The translations under genes were made by a program, and so were the position numbers. DNA of 5,487 nt, taken from positions 1-5,487 of the IMG/VR virus record IMGVR_UViG_3300045988_103061; one strand, written 5' to 3'. A model generated the notes under the pieces. That model worked only from the letters and a program-made list of their open reading frames with translations. It searched no databases and was not told where the DNA came from. Numbering within the stretch: position 1 is the stretch's first letter; the number at the start of each line of letters is the position of its first letter. This document shows, piece by piece, positions 1-5,335 of the stretch. This stretch comes from a virus.

Positions 1-95
1 AGGCTTGCGCCGTGTTACAAAGATATGATATGAGCGGAGTGACCGGCAGCTTAGCACAGTCATACCGGCATAGCCGGTATATAAAAACAAAAAAG
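1..95. repeat. Terminal direct repeat (assembly redundancy of a circular genome). Positions 1-95 are identical to 5393-5487, giving a unit length of 5392 nt.
   Basis: Direct reading: 'aggcttgcgccgtgttacaaagatatg...ccggtatataaaaacaaaaaag' occurs at both ends and matches for all 95 nt available. The repeat lies in the non-coding region between the VP5-like ORF and VP3, so no gene is broken by the window edges. Confidence 0.95.
62..80. repeat. GC-rich hairpin ATACCGGC-ata-GCCGGTAT (8-bp perfect stem, 3-nt loop) in the main intergenic region. It lies directly 3' (mRNA sense) of the terminator T-tract.
   Basis: Seen directly: 62-69 'ataccggc' is the reverse complement of 73-80 'gccggtat'. A second copy sits inside the terminal redundancy at 5454-5472. 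Confidence 0.6.
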
Positions 96-121
96 GCGTC
101 CAACATTACGCTAGACGCCTT
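81..121 (-). terminator. Candidate rho-independent terminator on the gene (minus) strand, about 80 nt downstream of the last gene of the VP4-ORF92-VP5 block.
   Basis: Minus strand reads AAGGCGTC-(13-nt loop tagcgtaatgttg)-GACGCCTT followed by TTTTGTTTTTAT. The stem is + 93-100 paired with 114-121, and the T-tract is the reverse complement of + 81-92. Confidence 0.5.
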
Positions 122-157
122 AATTGCGTTGTGATATTACAACTTGCCTTGTTTAGC

Positions 158-186
158 ATTATACCACAACATGAAAGAGAAGGCAA
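158..186 (-). promoter_or_regulatory. Candidate sigma70-type promoter: -35 TTGCCT (4/6), 17-nt spacer, extended -10 TGGTATAAT. The -10 sits between arms of an 8-bp inverted repeat CTTGCCTT/AAGGCAAG (+143-150 / 180-187).
   Basis: The minus strand reads GCTTGCCTTCTCTTTCATGTTGTGGTATAATGCTAAACAAGGCAAG. The -10 plus TGn is the same 9-mer as in the stronger promoter at 792-820. It lies downstream of the VP5-like stop and upstream of the terminator and VP3. Confidence 0.35.
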
Positions 187-200
187 GCGAACGATTACAA

Positions 201-482
201 TTACATTTTAGCAGTATCCGGGAGGGGTGTCAAGAGTTCCGTGGCAGTAGACAAAAGCAAAGTGGGGTTTTGTGGGGAAAACACGCACGTTTTGTCGTCA
301 AACTCTCCGAGATACATCAGAACAAAGTCCTCGTGATAGTCATGGATAATATTGGAACGCTCCGGAGTAGACGGCTGGTTAACCATAATCTGAAATTGGC
401 GGATAGCCATAGCATTATTTTGCTGGGTAAAGGGCGGGTTCATCAACTCGCCCTTGCGATCATAAATACAATAAAGTTTCAT
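201..482 (-). CDS. VP5-like small non-structural protein (93 aa), true start ATG at 482. Gokushovirus ORF5/VP5 family is suspected from its pattern; its function in that family is unknown but possibly ssDNA synthesis or packaging.
   Basis: ORF track 201..491 is trimmed to the ATG at 482. That ATG is preceded by TTTAAGGAGTGATTTTT on the minus strand, a strong extended SD that contains the upstream gene's TGA stop. The protein MKLYCIYDRKGELMNPPFTQQNNAMAIRQFQIMVNQPSTPERSNIIHDYHEDFVLMYLGEFDD... fits my recollection of the VP5 pattern (F.V.D.K...PFF...N...A.R.F...VNDP...HPEDF.L..GEFDD). This is recall, not a search result. Confidence 0.6.
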   Translation of the reverse strand: MKLYCIYDRKGELMNPPFTQQNNAMAIRQFQIMVNQPSTPERSNIIHDYHEDFVLMYLGEFDDKTCVFSPQNPTLLLSTATELLTPLPDTAKM

Positions 483-487
483 AAAAA

Positions 488-766
488 TCACTCCTTAAAT
501 CTAAATGAGTCATCACGTGCAACAGACTTAAGAAAAAGTTTGAAATTGTGAAAACGATCAGACGGAACAATATAGAAAAAGCCGTCATAACAGAAAATAG
601 CATCATCATAGCGTCCATTCTCGCGTTTACAAGAATTAGCAGCACGATAGCGGATAGCTTGATTATAAGTAGAAAATACGAGATGACGAGGAATACGATT
701 AAGAACCTCATAAATACGTTGTTGAGATTGAAGGGATAAATTAGGATTAAAATAGTCTTTATACAT
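488..766 (-). CDS. Hypothetical basic, aromatic-rich 92-aa protein inserted between rep (VP4) and the VP5-like gene. I recognise no homology.
   Basis: ORF track 488..823 begins at TTG, so I trimmed it to ATG 766. That ATG is preceded by GTGAGGTAAGCAAT (SD GAGGT, 7-8 nt spacing) and lies about 20 nt downstream of a consensus promoter. The stop TGA at 490-488 sits inside the SD of the next gene (translational coupling). The protein has about 10 R and 5 K against 10 D/E and no hydrophobic segment. Confidence 0.65.
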   Translation of the reverse strand: MYKDYFNPNLSLQSQQRIYEVLNRIPRHLVFSTYNQAIRYRAANSCKRENGRYDDAIFCYDGFFYIVPSDRFHNFKLFLKSVARDDSFRFKE

Positions 767-791
767 ATTGCTTACCTCACTTTCTATATAT

Positions 792-820
792 ATTATACCA
801 TGAGATAAAGCAACTGTCAA
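792..820 (-). promoter_or_regulatory. Consensus sigma70 promoter with extended -10: TTGACA - 17 nt - TG-G-TATAAT. It drives the ORF92/VP5-like operon.
   Basis: The minus strand reads gttgTTGACAgttgctttatctcaTGgTATAATatatatag. The -35 is the reverse complement of + 815-820 'tgtcaa', the -10 is the reverse complement of + 792-797 'attata', and the TG is at + 799-800. Both hexamers match consensus perfectly, with a 17-nt spacer and a TGn motif. The predicted TSS is near +785, giving an ~20-nt leader with the SD. Confidence 0.65.
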
Positions 821-850
821 CAACTTTTTACAACTTTTTACAACTTTTAT
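821..850. repeat. Three tandem 10-bp units (CAACTTTTTA on +, TAAAAAGTTG on the gene strand) directly upstream of and continuous with the -35 element. These are phased A5 tracts and could be UP-element-like or a DNA-bending array.
   Basis: + 821-830 caacttttta, 831-840 caacttttta, 841-850 caacttttat. A fourth degenerate unit at 811-820, caactgtcaa, carries the -35. The VP4 stop codon (849-847) lies in the first unit. Confidence 0.8.
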
Positions 851-1803
851 AAACCTAAATTATCAAAATCTCGCTCAAATTGTTCCTGCCGGTGCTTCAG
901 AATCTTCTCCTTGGCTTCCAGCCTTTTGGTATCAACAACAATGGCAGCCTTTGCGTTATCCTGTTTATTTTGCTTGTATATACTATACCAAACGGGATTG
1001 CTGCGCTCAAAAAGTGATTGATAATAACGAGGGATCTTATACTTAGCTCCATTAATTGTTACGAAACCGAGCTTAAAAATATCATCAGAATAACGACTGA
1101 AATAATCTGCTCCAATACCAGGCTTAAGGGAACTGCCGACAAACTCCGGAGAAATACCTAAAGCGTCATACATACAGGCATTTTTGCCGGTCTGCTTTTT
1201 GAGGGAGTATTTAGCAACATAACGGGCACTCTCAAAAGTAACAGCTCCTACAGTATTGTAGCCATACGGCCAAAGACGCTCCAACGTGGGAGAACGGAAA
1301 AGATTATAGCCAGCTGTCAACGCCGAGACTTTGCGGACATCGTCAGGAAACCAACCAAAGCACAAAATATGATAGTGTGGACGGCAATTGAGATCGCCAT
1401 ACTCACCGCAACATAAAAAGCGGATCTTAGAATTATCATGATAATCCAAATAACGGCGTAACCGCTTAAAGAATAACTGCAAGTGATCACGATGCAGCGA
1501 GTGATCAGCTGGTAAACAATCGTCATTGTAAGTAAGCGTTATAAAACAGTTATGCAAGTGCAGCTTAGCCTCATGCACGCAGCGTATAGCCCAGTCATTA
1601 GCTTTATCCAAACGGCAGCCTAAACACTGACCGCAGGGAACAACAACAGCATAATTATTAGCTAGCTCACTTTTAGCAATTTCAAGAGATTTGCCAGCAA
1701 GGTCACGATAAGAAACAAAATTAGATAGCTCATACTTACCATTAGCATTTGGAACAGCAGAGCGTTTAGCAAATAAAGGATGAAGGCAAGTCATAATACA
1801 CAC
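847..1803 (-). CDS. VP4: VP4 rolling-circle replication initiator protein (HUH endonuclease, phiX174 gpA-like), 318 aa.
   Basis: RCR motifs are visible in the translation: FITLTY (motif 1), HYHILCF (motif 2, HUH) and YVAKYSLKK (motif 3 with two Tyr spaced like phiX174 gpA YVAKYVNKK). An N-terminal CxxC...CGQCLGCR zinc-finger-like cluster is typical of gokushovirus VP4. An alternative ATG lies 3 codons in (1794). Confidence 0.95.
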   Translation of the reverse strand: MCIMTCLHPLFAKRSAVPNANGKYELSNFVSYRDLAGKSLEIAKSELANNYAVVVPCGQCLGCRLDKANDWAIRCVHEAKLHLHNCFITLTYNDDCLPADHSLHRDHLQLFFKRLRRYLDYHDNSKIRFLCCGEYGDLNCRPHYHILCFGWFPDDVRKVSALTAGYNLFRSPTLERLWPYGYNTVGAVTFESARYVAKYSLKKQTGKNACMYDALGISPEFVGSSLKPGIGADYFSRYSDDIFKLGFVTINGAKYKIPRYYQSLFERSNPVWYSIYKQNKQDNAKAAIVVDTKRLEAKEKILKHRQEQFERDFDNLGL

Positions 1804-1809
1804 ATCTTT

Positions 1810-1923
1810 CTACATGCGGATACCACCACGCATGTTTCTTGATTTAAGATTTTTAAGCCGTGGAACTGCATGATTGCGAAAGTTCCGGCGAGAAGCACCA
1901 CGGGAAATTTTACTTCTTTTCAT
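1810..1923 (-). CDS. 37-aa arginine/lysine-rich DNA-binding (DNA-condensing) protein, analogous to gokushovirus ORF8 and phiX174 protein J. It is not in the supplied ORF track.
   Basis: Hand translation of the minus strand from ATG 1923 to TAG 1812-1810 gives MKRSKISRGASRRNFRNHAVPRLKNLKSRNMRGGIRM (12 R/K in 37 aa). CTTAAGGAGCAAGAAAA precedes the ATG (SD AAGGAG, 8-nt spacer). There is an in-frame TAA 4 codons upstream. The stop lies 6 nt before the VP4 ATG. Confidence 0.75.
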   Translation of the reverse strand: MKRSKISRGASRRNFRNHAVPRLKNLKSRNMRGGIRM

Positions 1924-1961
1924 TTTTCTTGCTCCTTAAGTACAAACCAAGGCAAAGGATA

Positions 1962-2231
1962 TTAAGAATTTTTTCCCAAAAAGCGGGAGTAGCTTTTTTC
2001 TTCCGCCTGCGCTGCAGCTGCGTGGCGAAAGCCATTTACATCGTCAGTACCTCTTTTCTGCATATTGATAAGATCATCCTGCATAGCCAGAGAAATAGAT
2101 TTAAGACTTGCGCTGCCTTCACGATTATATTTGCCGGTGCGAAACATATCGATGAAATCGACAACATCTTGAATAAAAGGAATTACAGTAGAAACAAGAA
2201 AAGTCAAAATAGCAGTAGTTTTGTTTGACAT
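1962..2231 (-). CDS. Hypothetical 89-aa membrane-anchored protein with an N-terminal transmembrane helix and a polar C-terminus. It is a candidate lysis or membrane-targeting accessory protein.
   Basis: The ATG at 2231 is preceded by AAATGAGGTGATTAATT. Its SD GAGGTGAT overlaps the VP2 TGA stop, an 11-nt gap that implies coupling. Residues ~6-24 (TAILTFLVSTVIPFIQDVV) are hydrophobic and the rest is charged or polar. It fills the only otherwise non-coding stretch on the coding strand between VP2 and the DNA-binding protein. Confidence 0.6.
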   Translation of the reverse strand: MSNKTTAILTFLVSTVIPFIQDVVDFIDMFRTGKYNREGSASLKSISLAMQDDLINMQKRGTDDVNGFRHAAAAQAEEKSYSRFLGKNS

Positions 2232-2242
2232 AATTAATCACC

Positions 2243-3043
2243 TCATTTAGAAAAATAACTAGCAATGCTAGAAAACAAACGATTACCAGCACGAGCAAGA
2301 GTATTCCAAGGCAGTCCGTCGTCAGACAATCCAAGATTTTTGTAGTCAGAATTACGAGAAATTTTATAATCATAATCAGCTTTAGCAACACTAGAAAGCT
2401 GCGAATTATAAGCAGCAGTACTATTGGCAGCATTACCTTGAGCATACATCATAGCAGCTTGAGCAGGCATAACTACATTCATCATATACTCTTGGGCAAG
2501 TTTTTGAGAATCAATATATTCTCCTTGCTTTTTAGCATTTAAAAGATTCTGTTTAACCAAAGCCAAATTGTCATTGTAAGAATCAGCAGCTAACTTATTA
2601 GCCAAAGAAATACCATAAGATTCAGCATCGAATTTTTTAGCACTAGATCCAGCTAAAATAGTTTGAGCAGCTAAATTTTTTATTTGTTCGTCGCTCATTT
2701 TTTCAGCGATAGCAGCTTGACGATTAGCAGCTTTAGCAGAGTTACCAGCAGCAGTAGCAGACATACCGGCAGTCACACCTTCACCAATATTATAATTTGC
2801 GGATAAGGCAGAAGCTCCATTAATAGAACCGCCAATACCTTGAGTAGCAGCAAGCATAGGGTTTAATCCAGCTTTTTGCATATCTTCCATTGCCCATTGA
2901 TAACGATGCTGATAGTTATAAACATTACGCTGATTAGCTACAGTTGCAGCATGACGAGCAGCAGAGTTACTAAGAGCACCACTAATGATAGACGAAATAC
3001 CACCAGTAACAGCTCCAAGAGCAGATCCGAGAAAGGAACCCAT
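2243..3043 (-). CDS. VP2: VP2 minor capsid / DNA pilot protein, 266 aa.
   Basis: It has the Gly/Ala/Ser-rich N-terminus MGSFLGSALGAVTGGISSIISGALS followed by ...YQWAMEDMQKAGLNPMLAA, the typical gokushovirus VP2 signature. It is positioned immediately 3' of VP1 with a 12-nt gap. The SD TTTAAGGAGTGATTTAA precedes the ATG and contains the VP1 TAA stop. Confidence 0.85.
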   Translation of the reverse strand: MGSFLGSALGAVTGGISSIISGALSNSAARHAATVANQRNVYNYQHRYQWAMEDMQKAGLNPMLAATQGIGGSINGASALSANYNIGEGVTAGMSATAAGNSAKAANRQAAIAEKMSDEQIKNLAAQTILAGSSAKKFDAESYGISLANKLAADSYNDNLALVKQNLLNAKKQGEYIDSQKLAQEYMMNVVMPAQAAMMYAQGNAANSTAAYNSQLSSVAKADYDYKISRNSDYKNLGLSDDGLPWNTLARAGNRLFSSIASYFSK

Positions 3044-3055
3044 TTAAATCACTCC

Positions 3056-4684
3056 TTAAAAATGTCCCATCATGCCGGGAAGACCATACATAGGCATAGG
3101 ACGAATACATTTAAGGTTAAATTTAACATCGAGCAAGAAATGAGGATAAGACGGAACAGCGACAACACGGCTAATAGGCGGATGATCTTGAATAAATTCA
3201 TCCGAGAGAGTAGGCAGAGCAACAAATTTTTGAGAAAGATGCCAAATATCCAAAGGCTCTTTATAAGTTGAGCGGAATTGACCTGTGATCAAAGAAGGCT
3301 TATAGCGATATTCTGCATATCTCTCTTGATAGCCGAAAACTTTTTTATCGTCATCATTGCCTTGGCAATAAATTTCAATATTTTGTATAGACTGCTCGCC
3401 TAAATGAGCAAAAGAAGGCCAATAGAAATCAAGAACATCCGAACGCAGCCACATCTTATTGATTCCTTGCTGATAAGTAAGATCAGCACGGACATTGATT
3501 AAGCCGATAACATAACCAAATTCCGAGAAAGATTTTGTAAATGCATGATAACGCTGTGCATTTAATCCATATGCAGCCAAGTTACCTTGAGGAGTAGTAG
3601 AATCTGTAGAACTTGTTTGCGTAACCGGGTTAATATTCATCATAGAACTATGAGAACCGAGGAACTCCGGACGTTGCAAACGAGCATCGGGGTTAGTTAC
3701 ACCGAAATGAGCTTGAAGTTTTTCCGTATATCGAGTACCACCACGGGCATCAATCTCATAATATCTCTGGAGCATAAACGCTTGACGAAGAGAATTAATA
3801 GTAGCAGCAGAAGCATTAGTTAAATCAGCATACAAAGTAGAATTTCGGCTAGCATTATCACCAGCAGAATTACCAATCATAACTTGCCAATTATTAGCAG
3901 CATTAACCCAAAGAACTTTAGGATCGCCGTCAGGTGTCATTACATTGATACGATTACTACCAGCATAAGGCTCTGCAACAATAGGAGCACTACCACCTAA
4001 TGGAAGATCAACAGCAGGACCCTTTTGCGGCCAAGGAAGAGCACCTGTAAAATAATCATATCTCTTGCCACGAGGAGCAGGATCATACCAATTTTTTACA
4101 CCGGACGGCAAACCATAATTAAGATTAGCAGTAGATTGTCCCATAGGTTCAAGAACTGTGTTAGTTTCGCCTTTAGACACCTTAACAGATTTTTGTAGGT
4201 TCTCATCACGAAACCACTCGTTCCATATAGTCCAGTAGCAGCGGAACGGCAAGCAGTTAACGGAAACATTATTAAAAGTACCGGAAGCGCAAGCTATACC
4301 CATATAATCGGGCAGCTTATTAGTCATATCACCGGTAAGGGATACGGTAGGAACAAGATAATCTGTAGAATCTTCGGGATTTTCCTGCTCACCACAGAGA
4401 TTTACCCATTTATCATATACGAGCCTTGAAGGAACGAAGAAGAAAAAAGACTCAATATAGATGTTGTCCATGAAAGGAACAACAGGAGTAGCCAAACGGC
4501 AAAACTCCACAGGATTTAAAGTAAAAGTATCGCCTGGAATAACTTCATCCACGAAATAAGGAATCAGCTGGCCTTCGTTAAAAGTAGTTTTATAAACATG
4601 ACTTCTATCAAAGACAGAGCGACGAATATTAGCTTGTGGAATCATCGCAAAATGCGACTGATTAACACGGATATTTCGAGCCAT
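3056..4684 (-). CDS. VP1: VP1 major capsid protein (F-like jelly-roll), 542 aa.
   Basis: The N-terminus MARNIRVNQSHFAMIPQANIRRSVFDRSHVYKTTFNEGQLIPYFVDEVIPGDTFTL...LATPVVPFMDNIYIESFFFFVP carries the canonical Microviridae/gokushovirus MCP motifs (SHF, IRRS.FD.SH..KTTF, EV.PGDTF). Its size is typical for gokushovirus VP1. SD TTAAGGAGTTTTTATT precedes the ATG. Confidence 0.97.
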   Translation of the reverse strand: MARNIRVNQSHFAMIPQANIRRSVFDRSHVYKTTFNEGQLIPYFVDEVIPGDTFTLNPVEFCRLATPVVPFMDNIYIESFFFFVPSRLVYDKWVNLCGEQENPEDSTDYLVPTVSLTGDMTNKLPDYMGIACASGTFNNVSVNCLPFRCYWTIWNEWFRDENLQKSVKVSKGETNTVLEPMGQSTANLNYGLPSGVKNWYDPAPRGKRYDYFTGALPWPQKGPAVDLPLGGSAPIVAEPYAGSNRINVMTPDGDPKVLWVNAANNWQVMIGNSAGDNASRNSTLYADLTNASAATINSLRQAFMLQRYYEIDARGGTRYTEKLQAHFGVTNPDARLQRPEFLGSHSSMMNINPVTQTSSTDSTTPQGNLAAYGLNAQRYHAFTKSFSEFGYVIGLINVRADLTYQQGINKMWLRSDVLDFYWPSFAHLGEQSIQNIEIYCQGNDDDKKVFGYQERYAEYRYKPSLITGQFRSTYKEPLDIWHLSQKFVALPTLSDEFIQDHPPISRVVAVPSYPHFLLDVKFNLKCIRPMPMYGLPGMMGHF

Positions 4685-4805
4685 AATAAAAACTCCTTAA
4701 TTTTAATAAACGACCGAAAAGCACGAGAACGGCATTTTCGTTATCAAATCAGAAGGGAATTAAAAATAAATAAAAGGCTTATTTTTAAGGTTTTTTCTGA
4801 TTTTG

Positions 4806-4853
4806 TGTCACCTTGACCAGTTACTATCAAGTAGGTAACTGGTCAAGGTGACA
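4806..4853. repeat. Perfect 19-bp inverted repeat with a 10-nt loop (hairpin) in the VP3-VP1 intergenic region.
   Basis: + 4806-4824 tgtcaccttgaccagttac is the exact reverse complement of 4835-4853 gtaactggtcaaggtgaca, with loop tatcaagtag. An adjacent A/T-only 10-bp stem lies at 4760-4769/4779-4788, followed by T6 on the + strand. Confidence 0.9.
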
Positions 4854-4891
4854 GGGTTATTATTCTACATAGGTGAATATTAGCATATAAG

Positions 4892-5335
4892 TTATTTTTG
4901 CTCTAAATTAGGCTCTCCTGCTACCGGAGTGACAGGTTCTACCGGACTATCTACAATAGCCTTCTGTTTTAGGCCTAACTCCTCTAGTCTAGCAACAACC
5001 TTTTCATCAGTAGAAGTCAAAGCATCAAGCAGCTGCCTTGGATCATTACCGAATTCGGCACGAACACTGGAAGGCAAATCTGCAAACTCTGCATTGACAT
5101 TAGCAACGAGGTTGCAGGCCGTTTCATAATCCGGCAAAAGAGTGCTATCACCATATTGAAGAGTAGCCGGATCGTGTGCGCCAACAGAATCTACAATACC
5201 GGTAGTATTAAAATTAGCAATAATGTGATGAATATCACACTCTTCAGCAAAGGTCTGATCAGCAAGCGAAGGCTGCGTAATTTCTACGTAAGGTTTTGGC
5301 GGTTGTTCATCATAAAGCGTATAAAACTTAGCCAT
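4892..5335 (-). CDS. VP3: VP3 internal scaffolding protein, 147 aa, acidic.
   Basis: The pattern ...PSLADQTFAEECDIHHIIANFNTTG...QYGD...PDYETA...AEFADLPSSVRAEFGNDPRQLLDAL...LGL matches the gokushovirus VP3 signature as I recall it (PSLT.QSF..ECDIN.I...TG...YGD...DY..A...F..LP..R..F.N.P..L). It is acidic overall. SD AAGGAG lies 10 nt upstream of the ATG. This is the first gene after the main intergenic region. Confidence 0.8.
   Translation of the reverse strand: MAKFYTLYDEQPPKPYVEITQPSLADQTFAEECDIHHIIANFNTTGIVDSVGAHDPATLQYGDSTLLPDYETACNLVANVNAEFADLPSSVRAEFGNDPRQLLDALTSTDEKVVARLEELGLKQKAIVDSPVEPVTPVAGEPNLEQK

Noticed and set aside
144-551. Plus-strand ORF of 135 aa, and the other plus-strand ORFs in the track (548..739, 1860..2228, 2876..3271, 3587..3823, 4598..4816, 4929..5129, 5156..5425).
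   Set aside because: Every recognisable Microviridae gene is on the minus strand, and these phages are transcribed from one strand. Each plus ORF lies antisense to a well-supported gene, lacks a convincing SD, and encodes low-complexity or odd sequence. They are typical antisense-frame artefacts.
482-823. Longer N-terminal versions of the two small ORFs in the track: a TTG start at 823 and a GTG start at 491.
   Set aside because: The TTG and GTG starts lack SD sequences. The GTG actually lies inside the SD of the real start. Internal ATGs at 766 and 482 have strong, correctly spaced SDs, and for 766 a promoter lies between 823 and the ATG.
811-850. CAACTT repeats resembling the start of the phiX174 origin (CAACTTG/ATATTAATAAC), considered as the Rep nick site.
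   Set aside because: The CAACTT reading is on the window plus strand, which is the complementary (non-virion) strand, whereas the phiX origin is defined on the virion or mRNA-sense strand. No ATATTAATAAC-like continuation is present. The repeats are better explained as promoter-upstream A-tract elements.
821-850. Tandem direct repeats considered as a possible CRISPR array.
   Set aside because: The units are 10 bp, contiguous with no spacers, AT-rich, and only three copies inside a phage genome. This is not a CRISPR array.
2125-2445. Minus-strand 106-aa extremely hydrophobic ORF in an alternate frame overlapping the VP2 3' end and ORF89. I considered it as an embedded phiX174 E-like lysis gene.
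   Set aside because: It is Leu/Ile/Val-rich along its whole length, which is what frame-shifted reading of an Ala/Ser-codon-rich gene produces. It has no SD upstream of its ATG and it crosses the VP2/ORF89 junction. The same reasoning applies to 1317..1526 (inside VP4) and 460..711 (over ORF92). This could be revisited if relatives conserve the frame.
4711-4740. Imperfect hairpin CGAAAAGC-acgagaacg-GCATTTTCG upstream of the VP1 RBS, considered as a terminator or attenuator.
   Set aside because: The stem has a bulge, and on the gene strand it is followed only by GTCGTTTATT, a poor U-tract. It is too weak to call.
4856-4900. Possible -10 TAGAAT with a poor -35 overlapping the VP3 stop, considered as a VP1 promoter.
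   Set aside because: The -35 matches only 2/6, the TG is misplaced by one position, and it overlaps the coding end of VP3. It does not stand out from background in AT-rich DNA.
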